Shown: positions 21,776 to 29,943 of the stretch, piece after piece
How positions within the stretch are numbered: position 1 is the first letter of the stretch
How the letters are laid out: the number at the start of each line of letters is the position of its first letter
Assembly (NCBI GenBank): GCA_963762115.1
Contig: CAVXJH010000005.1
Location: 113,812-177,811, forward strand
Source of the DNA: Candidatus Babeliales bacterium
GTDB lineage: Bacteria > Babelota > Babeliae > Babelales > JANWKD01
Direction: 5' to 3'
DNA: 64,000 nt
Program-made: the position numbers and the translations under genes
Notes under the pieces: model-generated
Told to the model about the DNA's origin: nothing
What the model saw: only the letters and a program-made list of their open reading frames with translations
Database searches by the model: none

Positions 21776-23131
21776 ATGAACTCAAAAATGATTTTGGAAC
21801 ATGTTGAGGATAATATGCAAGCGGTGATCAAACAAGAAACACCCGAAACAAAAACTTTATGGCACCAATTCTTATCAGTCCACCCTGCTGACATCGCACA
21901 ATTTCTCACTAATATTGAAAAAGATTCTGCAGAGGAACTCATAGTTCATTTGCCCAAACGACTCAAAGTCGGTGTATTTACCTATCTCTCAGATGCTATG
22001 AAAATCTTCATGCTCTCAATTTTGGAAAAAAGAGACAAAATTATTGTTTTGAATGCTACTTCTGTTGATGAACTTACCGACCTTTTTGATTCATTATCAA
22101 ACGAAGAGCTAAAAGCTTATTTAGATCTTCTTAATGCTCATGATCGACAACAAGTGATCTCTCTGCTCAAATTTGATCCTCAATCGGCTGGGGGCATCAT
22201 GGATACTGATGTTATTACCCTAAGAGAAGATTTCACGGTTGAAAAAAGTATTAATATTTTACAACGCTTAAAACCCCGTCTTGACTTGCATCAACAAATT
22301 TATGTCACCAATCATGAAAATAAACTCGTCGGTCATATTGGGCTAGAAGATCTAGTACTCAAAAGTCCGCAAGCACGGCTCAGCTCTTTTATGCTCAAAA
22401 ATGATCTCATTGCTCATGTTGATGAAGACCAAGAAAAAATCGCCAAAGAGATGATTCACTATCAAATGATGACCGTACCTGTTGTGGGGAAAAATAATTT
22501 TTTTCTAGGCGTTATTCCTAGTGAAACATTAGTTAACATTATTGAGCAAGAAGCAAGCGAAGACGTCTATCGTATTTCTGCAATGGTACCCATCACAAAA
22601 ACTTATTTTGACACTTCTTTTTTCAGAATTCTTTATGAGCGCAGTTATATTCTCATCATTCTGTTGCTTGCACAATCACTTTCCACCATGATTATTCGCA
22701 ATTATGAAGCAACATTAACTGGCTTTTTGATGCTTTTTATCACCATGCTCACGAGTACCGGTGGCAATTCAAGCAGTCAAACCTCTGCTTTAGTTATTCA
22801 AGGCATGGCATCAGGCGAAATTAATGCTTCAAACATTCCACGCTTTTTGCGCAGAGAATTAGGCATGGCAGGTATGATGGCAATTTTGTTGGGAATTTTT
22901 TCATTTGCGCGCGTTTATTTTACGTATGGTCAATTGCTCGGCAGCATTGTGGTGAGTATTTCTCTTGCCTTAATCGTGCTTGTTTCTGTCGTTCTTGGAA
23001 GTGGCATCCCTATCATTTTGAAAAAATTACACTTTGATCCGGCTTTTGCAGCTGGTCCTTTTTTGGCAACGATTATGGATATTCTGGGATTATTTATTTA
23101 TTGCTACATCAGCAGTATTTTCCTGCAATAA
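21776..23131 (+). CDS. mgtE: Magnesium transporter MgtE
   Basis: HPADIA, SAGGIM, CBS pair, GGNSSSQ, DPA.AAGPF.ATIMD. Confidence 0.95.
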   Translation: MNSKMILEHVEDNMQAVIKQETPETKTLWHQFLSVHPADIAQFLTNIEKDSAEELIVHLPKRLKVGVFTYLSDAMKIFMLSILEKRDKIIVLNATSVDELTDLFDSLSNEELKAYLDLLNAHDRQQVISLLKFDPQSAGGIMDTDVITLREDFTVEKSINILQRLKPRLDLHQQIYVTNHENKLVGHIGLEDLVLKSPQARLSSFMLKNDLIAHVDEDQEKIAKEMIHYQMMTVPVVGKNNFFLGVIPSETLVNIIEQEASEDVYRISAMVPITKTYFDTSFFRILYERSYILIILLLAQSLSTMIIRNYEATLTGFLMLFITMLTSTGGNSSSQTSALVIQGMASGEINASNIPRFLRRELGMAGMMAILLGIFSFARVYFTYGQLLGSIVVSISLALIVLVSVVLGSGIPIILKKLHFDPAFAAGPFLATIMDILGLFIYCYISSIFLQ

Positions 23132-23749
23132 ATCAACACAATCGTTTTCCACACCAATATCACCAAAATCAAGATGCAAAGTATAAAGAATTTTCGATGG
23201 CTTAGTAAAAGGGATATGGAAACTACTTTTATTACTTAACTTGAAAGAAACTTTAGGCATTTTCCCTGAAGCTATTATTTTTTCTAGTTTTTTTAACTCT
23301 TTATCCAATTTCTTCTCATCGCGACTATAAAAAGTCGGCAATGCATGCAAAAAATGCCAATAATAACTGTTTTCCAATTGAAGGTAAATACAGTTAAAAG
23401 GACGATTTCCATTATTATCAACATTATAATACGTAATTCTAATATGATCTAAAGCTAAATGTTCTGACTGCAAATATCCCAAAAGCAGTTCATTTTCATG
23501 AAGAATTCTCAAGGCATTAGCCTTATTTGGTTGATAAGGGCGTTGTTGTTGAGCTATTATTGCCAAAACTCGCTTTCTTGAAGCAATTTGTTCCTGATGA
23601 TAGGTGATTTTCTCCTGATAAGCATCCGCTATTAATTCTTGCCAAGGAACAAGAAACGCTTTATGATCAAAAGCTTGCAGGGAAAAACAGGTTAGGAAAA
23701 AAAGAAAAAAGATATAATTTTTTTGCATAATAACCTCCTTAATATACAA
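23090..23749 (-). CDS. Secreted hypothetical protein
   Basis: Signal peptide (likely start MQKNY after GGAGG); 3' end overlaps mgtE convergently. Confidence 0.7.
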   Translation of the reverse strand: MYIKEVIMQKNYIFFLFFLTCFSLQAFDHKAFLVPWQELIADAYQEKITYHQEQIASRKRVLAIIAQQQRPYQPNKANALRILHENELLLGYLQSEHLALDHIRITYYNVDNNGNRPFNCIYLQLENSYYWHFLHALPTFYSRDEKKLDKELKKLEKIIASGKMPKVSFKLSNKSSFHIPFTKPSKILYTLHLDFGDIGVENDCVDLLQENTADVAINK

Positions 23750-23813
23750 TATATTATTCAGTTTATCACAAGAAATAAAGAGTGTAAAAAGGCTATAATG
23801 TATAAAAAATTAC

Positions 23814-24629
23814 TTATAAAATTGTAATTTCAACTATTTCCAAATTACCTTCAACCCTAATGCCACGTTGCTCTAGAAGATCTTTCATTTTTTCAAGAGC
23901 ATCAGTAAAACCGCCAAGCGCATCAATTAAGCCAAGTTCTAACGCTTCTGTGCCAACAAATTCTTTTCCGTCAGCCCATATTTTTTCATCTTCTAATGAT
24001 AAGCCTCTTGCTTGTGCAACATCGGTTATACATTGCTTATATATTTTTGCGCTATTCTGTTGCATATACTCTCTATGTTCATCACTCAAAGGCACATAAC
24101 GGCAACTTGAATTTTTATAAGAGCCTGAAGTAATAACTATGGTTTCCATAGTTCCTGAGACGCCATTCTCATTAAACTTTAGATCTTTGTACTGTCGCAT
24201 AGTTCTTATTACTCCAAGGCACCCCACCTCTGAAGAAGGCAAAGCAAAAATAAAATCAGCAGCAGTTGCTAAATAATAAGCACATGAATAACAATAATTT
24301 TCAACAATAACAATGACAGGTTTCGATTTCTTAATTTTTTTTATTTCATTAAAAACCGCTTGCGTCGTTCCAAAGTTTCCCCCAAAACAATTTATATGAA
24401 TAAGTATTCCTTTAATCTTAGGATCAGCATGCAACTGTAATAATCCCTGTATAATAGTTCTTGCACTTTCTAAGTCGTTTTCAATGCTCATTAAACCAAC
24501 ATAAGCGGGTGAAACCTTTTCTTCTGTATTAGTGGTTACTTTTTTTATGAAATAATCAAAACTAAAGATACTTTCAGATGCATGCATATTGAATAAAAAC
24601 ATACACAGAAACAATACTATTTTTTTCAT
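23814..24629 (-). CDS. sppA: Signal peptide peptidase A (S49 family)
   Basis: IHINCFGG, KPVIV, SCAYYLA..AD.IFA, G.YK, ADGKEFVG.EALELGLID.LG. Confidence 0.9.
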   Translation of the reverse strand: MKKIVLFLCMFLFNMHASESIFSFDYFIKKVTTNTEEKVSPAYVGLMSIENDLESARTIIQGLLQLHADPKIKGILIHINCFGGNFGTTQAVFNEIKKIKKSKPVIVIVENYCYSCAYYLATAADFIFALPSSEVGCLGVIRTMRQYKDLKFNENGVSGTMETIVITSGSYKNSSCRYVPLSDEHREYMQQNSAKIYKQCITDVAQARGLSLEDEKIWADGKEFVGTEALELGLIDALGGFTDALEKMKDLLEQRGIRVEGNLEIVEITIL

Positions 24630-24813
24630 CTACAAAAAATCCCTTCTTGATTTATGCTATTAGTTTCAATTATAAATATTAACAAGATAAACAATATTTA
24701 ACTAGGAATCATATCTTAAACATCTTAAATTTTACACGAAAAAGTAAAATTGGTATAAAGAAAATCACCTAACAAGTTATTGTCTAGGTAAAAAAAACAA
24801 AGGAGAAAAGAAC

Positions 24814-25500
24814 ATGAAGATACTTATGGTATTAACATCTCACGATCAACTGGGCAACACTGGCCGCAAAACCGGTTTCTGGCTTGAAGAATTTGCAGCC
24901 CCTTATTATGTATTCAGGAATGCTGGTGTTGAACTAACATTAGCATCACCAAAAGGTGGGCAACCGCCTATTGATCCGAAGAGCGATCTGCCAGAGAATC
25001 AGACTCCCGCGATGACACGATTCAAGCAAGATAAAACGGCGCAAAAAGCACTTTCACAAACGGTTAAGCTCGCCGCTATGAAGGCGGAAGATTTTGACAC
25101 TGTATTTTATGTGGGTGGTCATGGGCCTATGTGGGACCTTGTCGACAATCCCGATTCAATAGCCCTCATCGAATCTTTCTACAATGCAGGCAAGCCGGTT
25201 GCCGCAGTCTGCCATTCATCAGCTGTGCTCCATAAAGTGACCTATGAGGGAGCTCCACTAATTAAGGGCAAGCGCGTGACAGGTTTTACTAACGGTGAAG
25301 AGGAAGCTGTACACCTTACCAAAGTTGTGCCATTCCTTGTTGAAGATGAACTGAAAAGACTAGGCGGCCTTTATGAGAAAGCGCCCGATTGGGAGAGCTT
25401 TGTGGTCGTTGATGGTCAACTTGTTACCGGACAGAACCCTGCATCATCGACCGCTGCGGCGCGTGCGCTTTTGAATTTATTTGCAAAAAAATCTGCTTAG
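24814..25500 (+). CDS. DJ-1/PfpI (class I glutamine amidotransferase-like) protein
   Basis: MKILMVLTSH, TGFWLEE, GGHGPMWD, AVCH, TGQNPAS. Confidence 0.93.
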   Translation: MKILMVLTSHDQLGNTGRKTGFWLEEFAAPYYVFRNAGVELTLASPKGGQPPIDPKSDLPENQTPAMTRFKQDKTAQKALSQTVKLAAMKAEDFDTVFYVGGHGPMWDLVDNPDSIALIESFYNAGKPVAAVCHSSAVLHKVTYEGAPLIKGKRVTGFTNGEEEAVHLTKVVPFLVEDELKRLGGLYEKAPDWESFVVVDGQLVTGQNPASSTAAARALLNLFAKKSA

Positions 25501-25560
25501 TTGTTTGATCGGATCAACAGCAAATTGAATCAGATTTTTTTATTATACTGTTTTTTATAT

Positions 25561-25920
25561 TCAATCATTTTTTTTATTTTCGCTGTTTTTTCTCTTGTCT
25601 TTATAAAATTCTTTACTCGTCACCGCTACGAGAGAAAAAGCAGCAAAGCCAGCCGAAAGTGATTGCAAAATATCACCAGACCATGCGTACATGCAGGATG
25701 ACGTTCCTAAACAAGCACTGCAGCCTGTGGTAGTACAACAAACAAAATGCTCACAATCAAGATCATCTTTAAAGTTACTTTTTATAAAAGATGCTATTAA
25801 ACCTGGCTTCTCATTAATGCCCGTATTACACATACAAAAATTTTCATTAGCTATATTCGATGATAAAAATAACAGTACAAACAACCATAGCTTCATTAAT
25901 GTCTCCTTAATTAATACCAT
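25561..25920 (-). CDS. Small secreted Cys-rich membrane protein (paralog-like to 28181-28525)
   Basis: Signal peptide, CC motif, two hydrophobic segments, basic tail. Confidence 0.6.
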   Translation of the reverse strand: MVLIKETLMKLWLFVLLFLSSNIANENFCMCNTGINEKPGLIASFIKSNFKDDLDCEHFVCCTTTGCSACLGTSSCMYAWSGDILQSLSAGFAAFSLVAVTSKEFYKDKRKNSENKKND

Positions 25921-25942
25921 ACTTCATTTCATCGCACCGTAA

Positions 25943-26013
25943 ACACATTTTAATATAAACCATTACTGTCATTAAAAGCAATTTTAATTATCCGTGTCAA
26001 TAAAAACGAGCAA
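25943..26013 (+). pseudogene. Degenerate relic of serine recombinase 5' end
   Basis: Translates KAILIIRVNKNEQ versus KAILIARVSTEEQ in the intact LSR; upstream DNA is also similar. Confidence 0.55.
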
Positions 26014-26165
26014 CTCTGCACCAATATAAATAACGCGACTTGGCAAAGAAAAGTTTATTGTATTATTTGGATAAGCTGGAATCAAAGCTGCCTCTCTTGC
26101 AAGCATTCAATTGATTATAAGAAAAGAATTAATAGAAATTAAGCCATTATCTTTAATGAAAATTC

Positions 26166-26582
26166 CTATCGAACGATAAGCTTTCCTTTTTGATCAGTAG
26201 TAACTTGATAATTCTTTTTTTGAGGGTCAGTAATTTTTACTTGTTGTTTAGATGGCGGTGCTTGCATCTCAATAATTAAATTATTTCCTGGCATGGAGAC
26301 GGTAGAATTATTTCCAGGGATTGGGAATTTTGATATTGCATTATTAAATTCTTCTTGTTCTTTCGGTGTTGAATCTACCGTAAGAAGCAAGGGGGATATG
26401 GTTTTATTTGAATCTAAATAGTATTTTAGTCCTTTTCCATTATAAGTAACAGTTATAGCAAGTGTAAAAAAGGTATTATTTGTAAGACTACTTTTATAGA
26501 AGGGTATGTCTTTTGTTGTGCCCATTAATGGAGTAATAGATATTATGAACATAATAATACAAAAGGCATGTTTAAAATTCAT
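26166..26582 (-). CDS. Secreted hypothetical protein
   Basis: Signal peptide, RBS. Confidence 0.65.
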   Translation of the reverse strand: MNFKHAFCIIMFIISITPLMGTTKDIPFYKSSLTNNTFFTLAITVTYNGKGLKYYLDSNKTISPLLLTVDSTPKEQEEFNNAISKFPIPGNNSTVSMPGNNLIIEMQAPPSKQQVKITDPQKKNYQVTTDQKGKLIVR

Positions 26583-26639
26583 TATTTTTCCCTTTAGAAG
26601 TTATACGTGAGCAACTTATTGCTTTTAAGTCTTTATCGC

Positions 26640-27092
26640 TTACAAAGTAATTCCATATTTAGATTTGAATTTATCAATTATCGATTTATACACTGTTTTA
26701 AGCTCATCCATTTTTTGTTTTAATCGAAGATATGTATCAAGATCTATAGTACCTAGTTGATGTGTAAGAGTGTTATTATTGAACATAAGATTAATATTAT
26801 TGGTTTGCAGCACTCCTCCTTTAAAACTTAGAGACCCTGTTAATTTATCAATTTTTTCAATTGATGAAATTAAATCACGCCCATTTCTGATTAATGCATC
26901 TATATTTTCCTCTACTAAATCAATAGTTGTTTTTTTATTTTCAAAATTTATTGTATTAAGCTTTTCTGTAATTTCATCCATATTTTCAAGACCAATTGAA
27001 AAACTAGAAAGATCACGCCATAAACTCTCATCATTAGCCATAATTACAAACATTCCACTGATTAAAATCATACTCAACGAAATATTTCTCAC
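26640..27092 (-). CDS. Secreted hypothetical protein
   Basis: GTG start after AGGAG, signal peptide. Confidence 0.65.
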   Translation of the reverse strand: MRNISLSMILISGMFVIMANDESLWRDLSSFSIGLENMDEITEKLNTINFENKKTTIDLVEENIDALIRNGRDLISSIEKIDKLTGSLSFKGGVLQTNNINLMFNNNTLTHQLGTIDLDTYLRLKQKMDELKTVYKSIIDKFKSKYGITL

Positions 27093-27275
27093 TACCAGCT
27101 CCTTTTTTAAATAAGAAAAATAATTACCATCCTGTCTTTATTATAATATTTTTATTTCCAGTATGGCAATAATTTTGCCTTTTGCTTAATCGCGTTTAAT
27201 AAATATATTGACTCACACTCGCAACTTTCTATATTATTAATTTATAATAGAAAATTATCAAAAAATAATAATAAT

Positions 27276-28118
27276 ATGTCGTCGATCAAAAAGGAGCCTT
27301 CCACAATGAACTTAAATAGTAATAAAAATCATGCATTGATGCTGATCTTAATATTGCCAAATTTAATACTCCAAGCTGATGAGCTTGAAAGGTGTGTTGT
27401 TTTAAACAAACGAATAACAGAATTAAAAGAACGATTCAATGAATCTGATGAAAATATTATTAAGCGCCACAAAGAAGGAATTCAAAAGCAATTAAGCTCT
27501 CTCGCGGATGAAATGCCATCATTGAGTAAAAAACGTGCTAACGCTAATCAATTGTTAAATGAAGCTCGTAAAAATGAAGAAAGAAGGATTATTAGTTTCA
27601 GTGAGTTTTTATCAGACAAAGAAAAAGAACTTGCCCAACCAGATGATATCATTTTACGAAACAAAAAAGAAATCCTTCAAAGCCAAATTTCTATGGGCAA
27701 TAATCGACTTACGCAAATTTATCAAGAGCAATTGACTAAACAATCAGATGAAAATGTTAAAAAACCATTAACATTAACAATAGAAAAAAATTTAAATGAA
27801 CTTTTGAAATTTCAATTATTACCTGATAGTGAACTACTAAAAATAGAAAAAACAGAAATTCAAAATGATATTGCGATTATAAAAAACGAAATTGAACAAG
27901 CAAAAAAAATTGTACAATCTGATGCTTTGCTTATTGACAGGGAACAAAAAGGTATTGATCAATCAATAGAATTTTTAAAAGATAGACGTGAAAGATTGCA
28001 AAAACAATTAGACTTGCCAGATCAAATATTATTGCAGAATGCAAAAGATGATATTCAGCAGCGGTTTCAAATGAGCATGCGAAGAGCATTTCAAAATAAT
28101 TGTCCAGTTGATTTGTAG
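27276..28118 (+). CDS. Secreted coiled-coil protein
   Basis: Heptad-rich E/K/Q sequence after a hydrophobic leader. Confidence 0.7.
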   Translation: MSSIKKEPSTMNLNSNKNHALMLILILPNLILQADELERCVVLNKRITELKERFNESDENIIKRHKEGIQKQLSSLADEMPSLSKKRANANQLLNEARKNEERRIISFSEFLSDKEKELAQPDDIILRNKKEILQSQISMGNNRLTQIYQEQLTKQSDENVKKPLTLTIEKNLNELLKFQLLPDSELLKIEKTEIQNDIAIIKNEIEQAKKIVQSDALLIDREQKGIDQSIEFLKDRRERLQKQLDLPDQILLQNAKDDIQQRFQMSMRRAFQNNCPVDL

Positions 28119-28125
28119 ACGAAAT

Positions 28126-28167
28126 AAAAATAGCACTATGAATAACTATTTTCATAGTGCTATTTTT
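28126..28167. terminator. Bidirectional intrinsic terminator
   Basis: AAAAATAGCACTATGAA..TTCATAGTGCTATTTTT. Confidence 0.8.
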
Positions 28168-28180
28168 GTATCCAATATAA

Positions 28181-28525
28181 TCAATCAGATTTTTCTTTTT
28201 TATTAAATTCTCTATGGGAAGTTCCTCGACCTGATAGAGCATTAAGAGCTAATCCCATAAAAGTAACGCCCACGAATGCAACTGGGGCAGCAACATTATT
28301 AGAAAAAATTTGATGAGCGCTGTATGCCGATGCTAAGCCAGCACAACAACTTGTACAAAGATCAACAGTTAAATCGCTGCAAAAAGAGTCTTCTTCAAAC
28401 GTATCTTTTGTAAAAGATGACAATGGTTGAGATTTACAACTTTGTTGTAATTCTTTTTTCATAGAAAAATTTGTATTGGGCATATTCAACAATAAGAATA
28501 AAAAAGCAAGTGATAATTGTTTCAC
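28181..28525 (-). CDS. Small secreted Cys-rich membrane protein
   Basis: GTG start, signal peptide, CTSCC, C-terminal TM. Confidence 0.65.
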   Translation of the reverse strand: MKQLSLAFLFLLLNMPNTNFSMKKELQQSCKSQPLSSFTKDTFEEDSFCSDLTVDLCTSCCAGLASAYSAHQIFSNNVAAPVAFVGVTFMGLALNALSGRGTSHREFNKKEKSD

Positions 28526-28532
28526 TGAGGTT

Positions 28533-28603
28533 TCCTTTTAAGTACATTATGTATGGAATAGAAGCATGCACAGCATACAAAAAAAATTAATAAAAATCAT
28601 CTA
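28533..28603. repeat. ~70-bp repeat of 41706-41777 (cargo-gene/LSR intergenic region)
   Basis: TAAGTACATTATG..ATAGAA.CATGCACAGCATACAAAAAAAATTAATA.AAATCATCTA at both sites. Confidence 0.85.
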
Positions 28604-28702
28604 TATCTCACGAAAGTGAACGTTATTTGCAAATATTTTTTAGTTCAGAAATTTTCATAATATGATATTGATAGGATAAAAGTTTATAATAAAAATTAAA
28701 TT

Positions 28703-29803
28703 ATGTTAAAATATATTGTTGTTTTTAGTTGTATTTTGTCTATAACTATGGATGTAGATGCTATGAGTAAAAAAAGTTTTGCCAGTGATAATTATGCTGG
28801 TATCCATCCTGAGGTACTTAAGGCTATAATTGATGCTAATCAGGGGCATGATAAGGCTTATGGTGGAGATGCGCTTACTCAGAAAGCTGTCGAAATTTTT
28901 AAAAAACATTTTGGACCACAAATTGACGTGTATTTTGTTCTAACGGGAACTGCTGCAAACGTTTTAGGGTTATCAACCTTATTGAAATCTTATCAAGGGA
29001 TCATCTGTGCAGAGACTGCTCATATTAACGTGGACGAGGCGGGTGCTCCTGAAAAATATACCGGATCCAAATTACTTACCATAAAAACCGCTGATGGCAA
29101 GATTACTGTTGATGATATTAAAAATCAATTATTTTCCATGGGCGATCAGCACAAAGTGCAGCCAAAGGTAGTGTCTATTACGCAAGGTACTGAATTGGGT
29201 ACGTTATATACACCAGATGAAATCAAGAAGATAACTGACTTTGCTCACGCACATACTATGTTTGTTCATATGGATGGTGCAAGACTGTGTAATGCTGCTG
29301 CGGCTTTAAATCTGCCCTTAGCGGAAATAACTACTGATGTCGGTATTGATTTACTATCATTTGGTGGAACTAAAGATGGCATGATGCTTGGCGAGGCTGT
29401 CATCTTTTTTAATAAAAATTTATCTGAAGATTTTAAGTTTATTCGTAAACAAGGTATGCAGCTTGTTTCAAAAATGAGATTTATTTCCGCGCAATTCATA
29501 GCACTTTTGTCCAATGATTTATGGAAAAAAAATGCTCAACATGCAAATGCCATGGCACAATTATTAGCGGAAGAGCTCAAAGCTGTTCCTGAAATTGGAC
29601 TAAGCAGAAATGTACAAGCGAATGCTGTATTTGCTTATGTTGATCCAGTATTAATCCCTATTCTTCAAGAAAAATATTTCTTTTACATCTGGGATGAGAT
29701 TACGTCCGAAGTTCGTTGGATGACTTCGTTTGATACAACACAGGAAGACATCTTGGAATTTGTTAATTTCATTAAGCAAACAATATCAAAAAAATCTAGT
29801 TAA
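28703..29803 (+). CDS. ltaE: Low-specificity L-threonine aldolase with N-terminal signal-like extension
   Basis: SFASDN, TGTAAN, HMDGAR, SFGGTK, RWMTSFDT. Confidence 0.92.
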   Translation: MLKYIVVFSCILSITMDVDAMSKKSFASDNYAGIHPEVLKAIIDANQGHDKAYGGDALTQKAVEIFKKHFGPQIDVYFVLTGTAANVLGLSTLLKSYQGIICAETAHINVDEAGAPEKYTGSKLLTIKTADGKITVDDIKNQLFSMGDQHKVQPKVVSITQGTELGTLYTPDEIKKITDFAHAHTMFVHMDGARLCNAAAALNLPLAEITTDVGIDLLSFGGTKDGMMLGEAVIFFNKNLSEDFKFIRKQGMQLVSKMRFISAQFIALLSNDLWKKNAQHANAMAQLLAEELKAVPEIGLSRNVQANAVFAYVDPVLIPILQEKYFFYIWDEITSEVRWMTSFDTTQEDILEFVNFIKQTISKKSS

Positions 29804-29824
29804 CCGCCGAGTACTACTTTATAC

Positions 29825-29943
29825 GGCCCTTGTTTTTTATCAGCAATTACTTTACCTTTAAATCATCTTGTTTACATCCAATGCTAACTCGTTTCATAAG
29901 AATGCAAACCGCGTTTAACTTTGCAAAAGCGAATCAATGCTCA
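29825..29943 (+). pseudogene. Relic of a third rep copy (hairpin tail plus internal fragment)
   Basis: 29900-29941 translates ECKPRLTLQKRINA, identical to the peptide in Rep 46004; ~29825-29858 resembles the pre-rep hairpin tail. Confidence 0.8.
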
